Below, one piece after another: positions 30,474 to 39,425 of a DNA stretch of 64,000 bases. Positions within the stretch are counted from its first letter, which is position 1, and each line of letters starts with the position of its first letter. The notes under the pieces are model-generated. The model was not told where the DNA came from, ran no database searches, and was given only the letters and a program-made list of their open reading frames with translations. Source of the stretch: Halorussus marinus (GTDB taxonomy: Archaea; Halobacteriota; Halobacteria; Halobacteriales; Haladaptataceae); contig NZ_SBIV01000001.1 in assembly GCF_004765795.1 (NCBI RefSeq), positions 682,001 to 746,000 on the forward strand. The letters are read 5' to 3'. Position numbers and translations under genes: made by a program.

Positions 30474-30912
30474 CGGTCGTCAGTACCGGGGCCATCTGCC
30501 TGTACTCACCGAGTGAAATACTGTGTCACCGTCTGGGATACCCTCGGTCGTTGTACGGAGACGACAGCAACGCCGACCGCGGCGGGGCGACACGCCTCGC
30601 CAACGTCCGCGAGCACGTCGTCGGAGAGTACGGCGACGACCAGCGCGCGGCGGCCCGATACTAGTGCGGGGCGACGTGGACCGCGCTGTCGATTCCGAGA
30701 CGGACGCCGAGCAAATCAAGACCCTCGACGGAAGTCGAGGCAAGTCGTCGGTGGACTCGTCCGGGGCCGGCTTTTAACGACTCCGAGGGCGACACTGGAC
30801 TCGTCGCGGGAGCTCCGTTCTTCGACAGTACGCACTCACATCACGGAGACCCGACGGGAGTGACAAGGAATGGGACGCCGTAAGCAGAGTTTTGAGGCGC
30901 CTCGAAGAAGTA

Positions 30913-31045
30913 CGGGCCGGGCGCGATTATGAACTACGCCGAGACATTCCTGCTCGCTCGTTTCACTCGCTGCGCGGGCTGTGACTCGTCTAGTTCAAAT
31001 CTCGCCGGATCCGATGCTCACCGCTCGCGGATTTGCTCGCGGCGA
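30913..31045. repeat. tRNA-3'-end-derived inverted-repeat/hairpin element
   Basis: 30913-30928 is identical to tRNA-Lys 31050-31065; arm 30917-30936 pairs imperfectly with 30991-31008; nested GA-mismatch hairpins. Confidence 0.75.
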
Positions 31046-31049
31046 GAAG

Positions 31050-31123
31050 CGGGCCGGGCGCGATTTGAACACGCGACCGTCTGATTAAGAGTCAGACGCT
31101 CTGCCTAACTGAGCTACCGGCCC
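31050..31123 (-). tRNA. trnK: tRNA-Lys(CTT)
   Basis: GGGCCGGTAGCTCAGTTAGGCAGAGCGTCTGACTCTTAATCAGACGGTCGCGTGTTCAAATCGCGCCCGGCCCG. Confidence 0.97.
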
Positions 31124-31343
31124 AACGCATTCACGACTTGCCGCGTCGGACGTAAATACGTTTCCGTTTTCTCGGCCTGTTACCCCTTTCGATTCGAACC
31201 GAAACTCCGCGACGGAGACGCTACGAATCGGTACCGGCGGCCCTTTCATTACCAAGAATTGGATCGTAAATAGGTGGCCGATACGTCGCTCTGCCCTATA
31301 GTTCGGGACTGTTAAGTGTGGTCCGAGGCTACCGGTCAGTAAC

Positions 31344-32795
31344 ATGAGCGCCGGGATCACTATCTCCTCGATGTCCGATTACGCTATTCTGGGGTGTGGG
31401 AGCGTCGGACACGCGGTTGCCGAGGAGCTCGTCGAACAGGGCAAAGACGTTCTCATCATCGACCGCGACGAGGACCGCGTCGAAGCCCTGCGCGATCAGG
31501 ACCTGAACGCTCGCACCGCCGACATCCGCGAGGACGACATCTACGAAACCATCTCGGACAACGAGGTGGTCTTGATCCTCTCGTCGGACGTCGAGGCCAA
31601 CAAGGCGGCGGTCCGGAACATCCGGGAGAACGACGGCGACCAGTTCGTGGTAGTCCGGGCCAGCGACCCCGTCTCGGAGGACGAGCTCACCGAACTCGGT
31701 GCCGACGTGGTCATCAACCCCTCGACGGTGATCGCCGACTCCGCGCTCCGGGCGCTCGAAACCGGCGAGCTCGAGTACAAGGCCGACCAGCTCGCGTCGG
31801 TCATCGAAGACGCCGGCGACCGGCTCGCCATCGTCACCCACGACAACCCCGACCCCGATTCGATCGCGAGCGCGGTCGCGCTCCAGGCGATCGCCGACAG
31901 CCTCGGCGTCGGCGCCGACATCCTCTACATCGGCGACATCGGCCACCAGGAGAACCGCGCGTTCGTCAACCTGCTCGGCATCGAGTTGCTCTCGTACGAC
32001 GAGGTCGACGTCGACGAGTACGACACTATCGCGCTCGTCGACCACGCCAAGGCGACCGAGGCCACCTTCGACCGGCCGGTCGACATCTTCATCGACCACT
32101 TCGAGCCCGACGAGGCCTACGAGGCGGAGTTCGTCGACATCCGCCCGAGCGTGAGCGCGACCTCCACCATCCTCACGAAGTACGTTCAGGAGTTCGACAT
32201 CAACGTCTCCGAGGAGGTCGCGACCGCGCTGTTGTACGGCATCCGCGCCGAGACCCTCGACTTCAAACGCGACACCACCCCGGCCGACCTGACCGCCGCC
32301 GCCTTCCTCTACCCGTTCGCGAACCACGACACCCTCGAACAGGTCGAGTCGCCGTCGATGTCCCCAGAGACCCTCGACGTGCTCGCGGAGGCCATCACCA
32401 ACCGCGAGGTCCAGGGGAGCCACCTCGTGAGCAACGCGGGGTTCATCCGCGATCGGGACGCGCTCACGCAGGCGGCCTCCCACCTGCTGAATCTGGAAGG
32501 CATCACGACGACGGCCGTCTTCGGGATCGCCGACGACACCATCTACCTCGCGGCCCGGTCGAAAGACATCCGGATGAACATCGGGAAGGTGCTCCAGGAC
32601 GCGTTCAGCGAGATCGGCGAGGCCGCCGGTCACTCGACGCAGGCCAGCGTCGAGATTCCGCTGGGCATCTTCACCGGCATCGAGACCACCGACGACAACC
32701 GCGACACCCTGCTCGGGCTGACCGAGGAGGCGGTCAAGCGAAAGCTGTTCGACGCGATGGGCGTCGAGAGCGGCGAGGGGAGCAACGGGAGCTAG
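31344..32795 (+). CDS. TrkA_N + DHH/DHHA1 phosphoesterase
   Basis: GCGSVG Rossmann fold, THDNPDPDSIAS, variant DHA/DHF motifs; start 31344 or 31371. Confidence 0.93.
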   Translation: MSAGITISSMSDYAILGCGSVGHAVAEELVEQGKDVLIIDRDEDRVEALRDQDLNARTADIREDDIYETISDNEVVLILSSDVEANKAAVRNIRENDGDQFVVVRASDPVSEDELTELGADVVINPSTVIADSALRALETGELEYKADQLASVIEDAGDRLAIVTHDNPDPDSIASAVALQAIADSLGVGADILYIGDIGHQENRAFVNLLGIELLSYDEVDVDEYDTIALVDHAKATEATFDRPVDIFIDHFEPDEAYEAEFVDIRPSVSATSTILTKYVQEFDINVSEEVATALLYGIRAETLDFKRDTTPADLTAAAFLYPFANHDTLEQVESPSMSPETLDVLAEAITNREVQGSHLVSNAGFIRDRDALTQAASHLLNLEGITTTAVFGIADDTIYLAARSKDIRMNIGKVLQDAFSEIGEAAGHSTQASVEIPLGIFTGIETTDDNRDTLLGLTEEAVKRKLFDAMGVESGEGSNGS

Positions 32796-32815
32796 GGCGG
32801 GCGAACCCCCGGCGC

Positions 32816-33628
32816 TCACTCCCCGGATTCGAGTTCGTCGACCAGTTCGCAGACGCCCGCGACCGCCGCCTCCACGAGCGCCTCGCCCTTCTCCTCGGTG
32901 GCGACGGTCGGGTCGCCGATGTTGCCCGCGGGCGTGAGTTCGGCCATGTCCGCCGCGGTGAGCGCCCACCCGACCTCGTTGTCCCCGAGCGCGTCGTAGT
33001 CGGTCAGGGCCAGCGATTCCTCGGGCGGTTCGACCGCCTCCGCGGCGTCCATGTCGACCAGCTCGGGAAACAGGTCGAGCATGATGCTCGTCTCGAACTC
33101 CGAGGCGTGAAAGGAGACGTCGCCGGTCCGGATCTCCTCGGCGACGTCCCCAAAGAGGTTGACGAGCGGAACGTGGAACGCTTCGACGTCGCGCTCGGTC
33201 CGGAGTTCGCGGACCACGACCTCCAGCTCGGGGTCCTGTGCGAGGTAGTGGCCGTTGAGCAACAGGACGTTCTCGATCCCCCAGTCGGCGGCCGACGCAC
33301 AGACGTCGAAGACGTACCGCTGGAAGGTCTCGGTCGAGACCGTGAACGTCCCGGGCTTGAACGTGTGATGGGGGCTGACGCCGTACCAGATCGGCGGCGC
33401 CAGCAGTGCGGGACTGCGCTCGGCGATCAGTTCGCCGATGGCCTCGGGCATGAACACGTCGACGCCGAGGGGCATGTGGGTGCCGTGCTGTTCGGTGCTT
33501 CCCACCGGCACCAACAGCGTGGTGGTGCGTTCGAGCGCCGTCTCGATCTCGCGCCAGGTCATCTCGGCGACGCGAGTCGTCTCGGGCGCGCCGTCCTCGT
33601 CGGCTTCGGGAGTCGAGTCGCTGGTCAT
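32816..33628 (-). CDS. creatininase-family amidohydrolase
   Basis: PVGSTEQHGTHMPLGVD, SPHH, NGH, HASEFETS. Confidence 0.93.
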   Translation of the reverse strand: MTSDSTPEADEDGAPETTRVAEMTWREIETALERTTTLLVPVGSTEQHGTHMPLGVDVFMPEAIGELIAERSPALLAPPIWYGVSPHHTFKPGTFTVSTETFQRYVFDVCASAADWGIENVLLLNGHYLAQDPELEVVVRELRTERDVEAFHVPLVNLFGDVAEEIRTGDVSFHASEFETSIMLDLFPELVDMDAAEAVEPPEESLALTDYDALGDNEVGWALTAADMAELTPAGNIGDPTVATEEKGEALVEAAVAGVCELVDELESGE

Positions 33629-33696
33629 ACTGGCGCTTCGGAGTGCTCCGACAAAACTGGCACGGCGATCGGTCGGGGCTCCCGACCACCGCCGAC

Positions 33697-34773
33697 TCAC
33701 AAATACCGCGAGACGAAGGCCCTGTGTTCGGCCGCGCGCTCGTCGCGTTCGGTCGGGGTGGCGTCCTCGTGCCACAGCGGGAGGCAGGCCATCGCGTCGA
33801 TCCGGCACGCGAGCCGGTAGGCGTCGATCCGCTCCTCGATGGCCGCGTCGAAGGCCCACCCGTCGCGACGGTCGGCGTAGGCCCGCCGGAAGGCCGCCCG
33901 GAGCGCCGCGGTCCGGCGCTCGCCGTCGTCTTCGGGCCTCAGCAAGTGCGATTCCGCCGTCGCGAGGTTGTAGGCCGGATCGCCCGACAGGAGGTTCGCC
34001 CAGTCGAGCACCGCCCGGGTCGCGCCCGTCTCGGGATCGACGAGCAGGTTCCCGTAGCGGTAGTCCCAGTGGCAGTAGGTCGGCGCCTCGGGCGCCGGGA
34101 GCCCGGAGATTAGCTCACGGACGCGCTCGCGGAGGTCGGGGACGAGGTCCGCAAACCGCCCGGGCTCGTCGGCCCGGTCGGGGTACCACCCGCCGTCGGC
34201 GATGCCGTCGAGGGCCTCCTCGCAGTCGTCGACCAGCCACTCGCGGAAGTCGGCGTACCGCGGGTGATCGTCGGCGTCGAGCACGGCGAGTTCGCCGTCC
34301 CGGACGCCGACCCGGCCGACCGCCGGCAGGGGGCCGAGGTCGTGGAGTTCGGCGAGATTCCGGCCCGCCTCGCGGACGACTCGCTCGCGGGCGCCGGCCG
34401 AGAGCTCTCCCGGTCGCCCTTCGAAGTTGTCGCCGCCGACGTGGTCTGCGAGGTAAAACGGCGCCGGATACTCCCCGTGGCGGTCGCGGTAGCCGACCAC
34501 CGACGGAACCGGAATCTCGGTCGTCCGCCCGATCAGTTCGAGCAGTCGGGGCTCCGACCGGGCGATCTCCGGCGGGACGAAATCGGCGGTCGTCGCCTTC
34601 AGAACGACGAGGCGGGACCCGTCGGGCGATCTGACTCCGAGGGTCGCGACGAAATCGGTGCCGTGGTCGCTCCGGTCGACGGACTCGACGGTCCAGTCAG
34701 GATCGATCGCCCGTACCATGCCTCTCACCGCGGCGTCCGACACGTCACCGCCGACGGGTGACTGGCTCGTCAT
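33697..34773 (-). CDS. APH-family phosphotransferase
   Basis: VVLKA, HWDYRYGNLL, VLDWA. Confidence 0.92.
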   Translation of the reverse strand: MTSQSPVGGDVSDAAVRGMVRAIDPDWTVESVDRSDHGTDFVATLGVRSPDGSRLVVLKATTADFVPPEIARSEPRLLELIGRTTEIPVPSVVGYRDRHGEYPAPFYLADHVGGDNFEGRPGELSAGARERVVREAGRNLAELHDLGPLPAVGRVGVRDGELAVLDADDHPRYADFREWLVDDCEEALDGIADGGWYPDRADEPGRFADLVPDLRERVRELISGLPAPEAPTYCHWDYRYGNLLVDPETGATRAVLDWANLLSGDPAYNLATAESHLLRPEDDGERRTAALRAAFRRAYADRRDGWAFDAAIEERIDAYRLACRIDAMACLPLWHEDATPTERDERAAEHRAFVSRYL

Positions 34774-34859
34774 GGGCGCTCTACTCGGCCGGCCGACAGA
34801 AACGTTGGGGTGGATTGCGAACTGGTCCCACGGTCGAGCGGACTCCGCTCCGGGCGGGC

Positions 34860-35153
34860 TCAGACCGCCGCCTCTTGCTCGTCGGCCTCGGGGCGCTGGA
34901 GTCGCTCGATGATGTCGTTGATCAGCACCACGTCGCCGACCGCCCGCACCCACCGGTAGGGTATCATCACGCCGTTTCGGCGTCCGACGACGTCCGAGAA
35001 CAGTTCGCGGTTGAGTTCGCCCACGGCGAGTCCGGTCACGGTGTTGCCGTTCACGTCCAGACGGACGTCTTCGATCTCCCCGACGAAGACGCCGTTGTTG
35101 GAGTACACCTCCCGACCGACCAGCGTGGTTATCTCCTGCGGTGTTCCGTCCAT
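34860..35153 (-). CDS. cdpB1: PRC-barrel protein, CdpB1-like cell division protein
   Basis: QEITTLVGREVYSNNGVFVGEIEDVRLD...IPYRWVRAVGDVVLI; orthology recalled, not tested. Confidence 0.8.
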   Translation of the reverse strand: MDGTPQEITTLVGREVYSNNGVFVGEIEDVRLDVNGNTVTGLAVGELNRELFSDVVGRRNGVMIPYRWVRAVGDVVLINDIIERLQRPEADEQEAAV

Positions 35154-35218
35154 GTAGAGACGGATTGTGTGGGTGGGTCTTAACTTTTGGTAGACGGCGG
35201 GGCGGACTCGTCGCCGAA

Positions 35219-36346
35219 TCAGGCGGTCGGCAGGTCGTCCAGCGCGGTCCCGAGGGCGTCGAGCCCGGCCCGGACGGCCGCGGGCTCGCCCGCCACGCTG
35301 AGTCTGAACCGTTCGTCGACGTCGAAGAACCGCCCCGGGACCACCAGCACCCCCCGATCCCACGCGGCGTCGACGACGGCGTCGCCGTCGGCCGCCGCGT
35401 GTTCGAGGAAGGCGTACGAACAGCCGGGTTCGACGGTTCCCGAGAGATCCTCGCGCGCGTCGAGGAACTCGACCAGCGCCTCGCGGTTGGTCCGGACGCG
35501 CTCGCGTGCGTCGGCGGCTAGTTCGTCGGCGCTCGCCAGCGCCCGCCGGGCCAACTGCCGACTCGGCTCCGCGACGGCGTGGACGTGGCGGCTCGCCGAC
35601 CGGGCCGCCTCGACGAACTGCCTGTCGGCGACGAGCCACCCGATCCGCAGTCCGCCGAAGCCGAGGAACTTGGTCAGCGAGTTCGTGACGACCGTGTTCG
35701 GCAGGCCGACCGCCGAGGGGCCGCCGAACGGGCCCTCGCCCGCGCGGTCGTCGAACGGGGCGTACACCTCGTCGACCAACAGGGAGACGCCCTCGTCTTC
35801 GACGGCCCCCGCGACGTCGGCCAGCGTCTGGCGGTCGGCCCGTCGCCCGCTGGGGTTGTGGCGGTTGGTGGCGACGACCAGCGCGGTGTTCTCGCGGACC
35901 GCCGCCCCGACGCGCTCGGCGTCGAGCGGGTAGCCCGCCTCGGCGGGCCGGCGGAACCGATCGACGGTCGCGCCGAACCCCCGTGGCGTCGCGAGCAGGG
36001 GCTCGTAGCCGGGTTTCTCGACCAGCACGCGGTGGGCCGACGCGTCCGCCTCCTCGTCGGGCGTCTCGTCGTCGGCGGCGATCCGGAGCGCGGCCGAGGA
36101 CGCGAGCGCGTTCGCCTGGGTCGCGCCCGCCGTCACGAGCACGTTCTCGGGCTCGACGCCGTACTCGTCGGCCAGCTGGGCTTCGAGACTGCGGTCCGCG
36201 GGCGGATCGGGGCGTTCGGTCAGGTCCGCCGGAATCACCGCCGACCGGTCGTCGGGCGTCCGCCGGAGGTCGCTGGAGCCGAGGTCGTGGTCGGCCGCCT
36301 CCGGGCGGCCGGCGATCCACTCGATGTACTCGATGTCGGGAAGCAC
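35219..36346 (-). CDS. PLP-dependent aminotransferase class I/II
   Basis: TAGATQAN, HNPSG, VDEVY, SLTKFLGFGGLRIGW; GTG start at 36346. Confidence 0.93.
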   Translation of the reverse strand: MLPDIEYIEWIAGRPEAADHDLGSSDLRRTPDDRSAVIPADLTERPDPPADRSLEAQLADEYGVEPENVLVTAGATQANALASSAALRIAADDETPDEEADASAHRVLVEKPGYEPLLATPRGFGATVDRFRRPAEAGYPLDAERVGAAVRENTALVVATNRHNPSGRRADRQTLADVAGAVEDEGVSLLVDEVYAPFDDRAGEGPFGGPSAVGLPNTVVTNSLTKFLGFGGLRIGWLVADRQFVEAARSASRHVHAVAEPSRQLARRALASADELAADARERVRTNREALVEFLDAREDLSGTVEPGCSYAFLEHAAADGDAVVDAAWDRGVLVVPGRFFDVDERFRLSVAGEPAAVRAGLDALGTALDDLPTA

Positions 36347-36474
36347 GTCCCGGCTTCGAGGCTCGGGCAGTTCAACGTTCGGGACCGCGCTCGGCGCCGC
36401 CGACCGGTGAGATACATTCACGAACGAACCCCTCATAGTAGTCTTTTCCAGCCTCGGGGATCGACCTCGACTCG

Positions 36475-37143
36475 ATGGACGCTCAGACTGAAGGCTACGC
36501 CGCCGCGGTCAGTTCCGAAACGGAGACGTACCTCGATCGGGTCGCCGACTGCGCGGGTCGGTTGCCGGGCGCGATCGACGCGTACGGGGTCGACGACGAC
36601 GCGTTCGCGACTGCGGTCGACGACATCGCGGCCGCGGAGTCCGACTGCGACGACGCGCTCCGGGAACTCCGGAGGCTCCTCTCCGAGCGGTCCCCGCCGA
36701 ACTACACCGACGTCTACCTCCGGGCCGACGACGTCGCGCGCCTCTACGCCGCGGTCGACGAGATCCCGAACGCCGTCGAGCGCTTCGCGCGCGAACTCCG
36801 GGCGATCGCGCCTTCCCTCGGCGGCGCGCGGGCGATCGTCGAGGAGATGGCGTCGCTGGCCGTCGAGGCGACGGAGGCGCTGGCGGCCGCGACCGGCGAG
36901 TACGTCGAGAGCCTGCTCGTCGAAGGCGGGACCGCGAGCGTCGGACCCGCCGTCGAGGAGATCCGCGCGCTCGAGAGCGCGGCCGACCGACTCAAGTACG
37001 AGGGACTCGCCGCGGCGTTCGACGAGGCGGCGACCCCAGACGCGCTGGTCGTCCGGGAACTCGTGGTCGGCCTCGACGCGGCGATCGACGCGGTCGAAGA
37101 CGCCGCCGATCAACTGCTCGTGTTGCGAAGCGGCAAGCCCTGA
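36475..37143 (+). CDS. DUF47/PhoU-like phosphate transport regulator
   Basis: AESDCD, LESAADRLK, AIDAVEDAAD helical repeats. Confidence 0.85.
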   Translation: MDAQTEGYAAAVSSETETYLDRVADCAGRLPGAIDAYGVDDDAFATAVDDIAAAESDCDDALRELRRLLSERSPPNYTDVYLRADDVARLYAAVDEIPNAVERFARELRAIAPSLGGARAIVEEMASLAVEATEALAAATGEYVESLLVEGGTASVGPAVEEIRALESAADRLKYEGLAAAFDEAATPDALVVRELVVGLDAAIDAVEDAADQLLVLRSGKP

Positions 37144-37223
37144 TTCGGACCGACCCGTGGGGTCGGACGGTCGCCCGCCGGGACCGTAGAACTAAGTCGG
37201 ACCGCTCGGAAGCGCCGAGTACA

Positions 37224-37625
37224 ATGGTCGACGGCGACGACGAGGAGCTCGCGGACGTACGAGAGCGCAAGAAGCGCGCGCTGGTCGAAGAGCACGGACT
37301 CGGGACGCCGCCCTCGCCCGTCTACGTCGACGGCTCGCAGAACTTCGAGCAGACGGTCGCGGCCCACGACGTCGTGTTGGTCCACTACTACGCCGGTCGG
37401 GGCGCGGGCCAGCGCGTCCACCCGATCGTGGAGTCGGTCGCCCGCGAGACGTTCGCGGCGGTGGCGAAGGTCAACGTCGTCCACCACCAGAAGCTCGCGC
37501 TCGAACGGGGCGTCGAGGGGACCCCGACCTTCGACGTGTTCGCGGGCGGCGAGCGCGTCCAGCGCGTCGAAGGCGCTCCCGACAAGGCCGAACTGATCGA
37601 GATGGTCGGCGAGTACACCGACTGA
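37224..37625 (+). CDS. thioredoxin-fold protein lacking CxxC
   Basis: VVLVHYYAGRGAGQRVHP replaces VDFYADWCGPC; AKVNV and GTPT retained. Confidence 0.85.
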   Translation: MVDGDDEELADVRERKKRALVEEHGLGTPPSPVYVDGSQNFEQTVAAHDVVLVHYYAGRGAGQRVHPIVESVARETFAAVAKVNVVHHQKLALERGVEGTPTFDVFAGGERVQRVEGAPDKAELIEMVGEYTD

Positions 37626-37665
37626 GCTCCGGCCCGTGGGTTGGGGCCGCACACCGCAACATCTT

Positions 37666-37704
37666 TTAGGCCGGCCTAATCTAAATTAGGGTAGCCTAAA
37701 CCAT
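37666..37704. promoter_or_regulatory. tandem DtxR/IdeR-type metal (iron) boxes
   Basis: TTAGGCCGGCCTAATCTAA and TTAGGGTAGCCTAAACCAT, each 15/19 to TTAGGTTAGCCTAACCTAA. Confidence 0.8.
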
Positions 37705-38149
37705 GGCCGAACCACTCGACCGACTCCGCGAACAGATCGACGACCGAGCCGACGAGGACGGGGAGTTCTACGTCGCGTGTGCCGACACCGATCGGCGGCC
37801 GACGCCGCTCGCCGGCCGGCGATTTCCCTCGGAGTCGGCCGCTCGCGAGGCCGCCGACCGGGCCGCGACGTATCGCGCGCTCCTCCGGGAGTCCGACCCC
37901 GCGCTCCCCGAGTACCGGCTCGCGGTGTACGAGACCCCGCGGGACGCCCCCACGATGGTCTCGACCCGCGAACCCGCCGCCGGACGCCGGTCGAACGGCC
38001 TGCCCCGGAGCTCCCGATCGGTCACGCTCTCGGGCGAGCGCGAGCGCGAGTGGCTCCGGATGGAAAACGCCCCGCTGGTCCACGTCCGTCACGACGGCGA
38101 ACCGCTCGACGACGACGCGGTCGCGCGCCAGCTCGACGCCAAGCTATGA
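37703..38149 (+). CDS. conserved hypothetical protein A (paralog of 39006..39425)
   Basis: GEFYVACADTDRRPTPLAG...YRALLRESDP; ATGA-coupled to the next gene. Confidence 0.88.
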   Translation: MAEPLDRLREQIDDRADEDGEFYVACADTDRRPTPLAGRRFPSESAAREAADRAATYRALLRESDPALPEYRLAVYETPRDAPTMVSTREPAAGRRSNGLPRSSRSVTLSGEREREWLRMENAPLVHVRHDGEPLDDDAVARQLDAKL

Positions 38150-38922
38150 CCGTCGAACTCCGCACCCACGCCGCGCGCGACCGGGCGGCCGCCGAGTCCG
38201 ACCGGATCGAGCGGAAGGTCGCGGCCTTCGAGTCGTTCGAGCGCCGGATCCGAGACGTCTCGGCCGAGGCGGCCGGGCGCGCCGGATCGTCGGCGCCGGC
38301 CGGACCGTCGACCGGGGGCGCGCTCGCGGTCGGGACGCCGACGGACGGCGCCGCGACCGACCCCGTCCGCGAGGCGTTCGAGGAGACGGTGTTGGCTCTC
38401 GCCGACGCCGACGCCACCGCGGAGGCGATGGCCGACGAGCTCTCACCGGACCTCGCGGCGGCCCTCTCGCCGGCCGGCGCCGGCTTCGCGCCCGGGCTCA
38501 AGACCCGGCTCCTCGAACGGGTCGGCGAGCGACAGTCCGAGTGTCGACTGCTCGCCGACGCGGTCGCGGCCGAGCGCGATCGGCTCGGGGCGCTCGGCGA
38601 CGACCTCGACGACGTGACGGCGTGGCTCGCCGAGGCCGACGAGACTTCCCTCCTCGAACTCGGCTTCGAGGAGCTCCGGGCCCGCCACGATCAGCTCGCG
38701 GCCCATCGGGAGACCTGCGACGAGCTCGCCCGCGAGCGCCAGCGGTCGCTCGACGACATCCGGTACGGCGGCGCGATCGGGATCCGCGAGCGCGAGGTAC
38801 TCGATCTCCTGTACGCCGACTTCCCGGTCGACCATCCGGTGTTGGCCGACATCGCCGCCCTCGACTCGCTGCTCGACGACTGTCAGCGCGCGGTCCGGCG
38901 CCACCTCTGTGCGCGGGTCTGA
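38146..38922 (+). CDS. conserved hypothetical helical protein B (DUF7260-like)
   Basis: MTVELRTHAARDR...AFESFERRI...LYADFPVDHPVL; coiled-coil character. Confidence 0.88.
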   Translation: MTVELRTHAARDRAAAESDRIERKVAAFESFERRIRDVSAEAAGRAGSSAPAGPSTGGALAVGTPTDGAATDPVREAFEETVLALADADATAEAMADELSPDLAAALSPAGAGFAPGLKTRLLERVGERQSECRLLADAVAAERDRLGALGDDLDDVTAWLAEADETSLLELGFEELRARHDQLAAHRETCDELARERQRSLDDIRYGGAIGIREREVLDLLYADFPVDHPVLADIAALDSLLDDCQRAVRRHLCARV

Positions 38923-39005
38923 GCCCTCGCTTTCCTGTCGTGTCACCGTCGGTGTCGATGCGGAAACCGAAACCGCTTACCCGCTGGTGTGTCGGGTTCG
39001 GAGCG

Positions 39006-39425
39006 ATGGCCGACCGCCTCGAAACCCTCCACCGCCGAATCGACGCCCTGACCGACCCCGACGGCGAGTACGCCGTCGTCTGCCCGCTGTCGGGCAAGCG
39101 ACCGGTGCCGGTCCGGGACGCGTCGTTCGGGACCCCGGACGACGCCGAGGCCGCCGCCGACCTCGTGATCGACTACCGCGAACTGCTCCGGTCGGTCGAC
39201 CCGCATCTGGAGCACGTTCCGATCGTGGCGGGCGAGGTCGGCGCCGACCCGCTGGCGCTGGCCGACTCCGATCGGGGTTCGGCTCGGTCGCGCACCGTCG
39301 TCCTGTCGGGCGAGGGCGACGGCGAGTGGCTCGCCGTCGACGGCGCGCCGGTGGTCGAGGTCCGACGGGACGGCGAACCGCTCGACGACGCCAGCGTCTC
39401 GCGCCAGCTCCGGTCGGGGCTCTAG
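39006..39425 (+). CDS. conserved hypothetical protein C (paralog of 37703..38149)
   Basis: GEYAVVCPLSGKRPVPV...YRELLRSVDP...DGEPLDD; CGAAACCGCTTAC promoter-like motif upstream. Confidence 0.88.
   Translation: MADRLETLHRRIDALTDPDGEYAVVCPLSGKRPVPVRDASFGTPDDAEAAADLVIDYRELLRSVDPHLEHVPIVAGEVGADPLALADSDRGSARSRTVVLSGEGDGEWLAVDGAPVVEVRRDGEPLDDASVSRQLRSGL

Noticed and set aside
30480..30912. Possible integrase fragment running into the tRNA-Lys duplicate
   Set aside because: Short broken frames with no recognisable tyrosine-recombinase catalytic motifs; only classifiable as degraded sequence
30913..30940. Second tRNA gene, or the att boundary of the whole islet
   Set aside because: Only the 3' acceptor/T-arm part is present, at a 137-bp offset from the tRNA, so it cannot bracket the 5-kb islet
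32816..34773. Creatininase + phosphotransferase as a mycofactocin or antibiotic-resistance locus
   Set aside because: No mftABC or other pathway genes; both families are common stand-alone genes in haloarchaea
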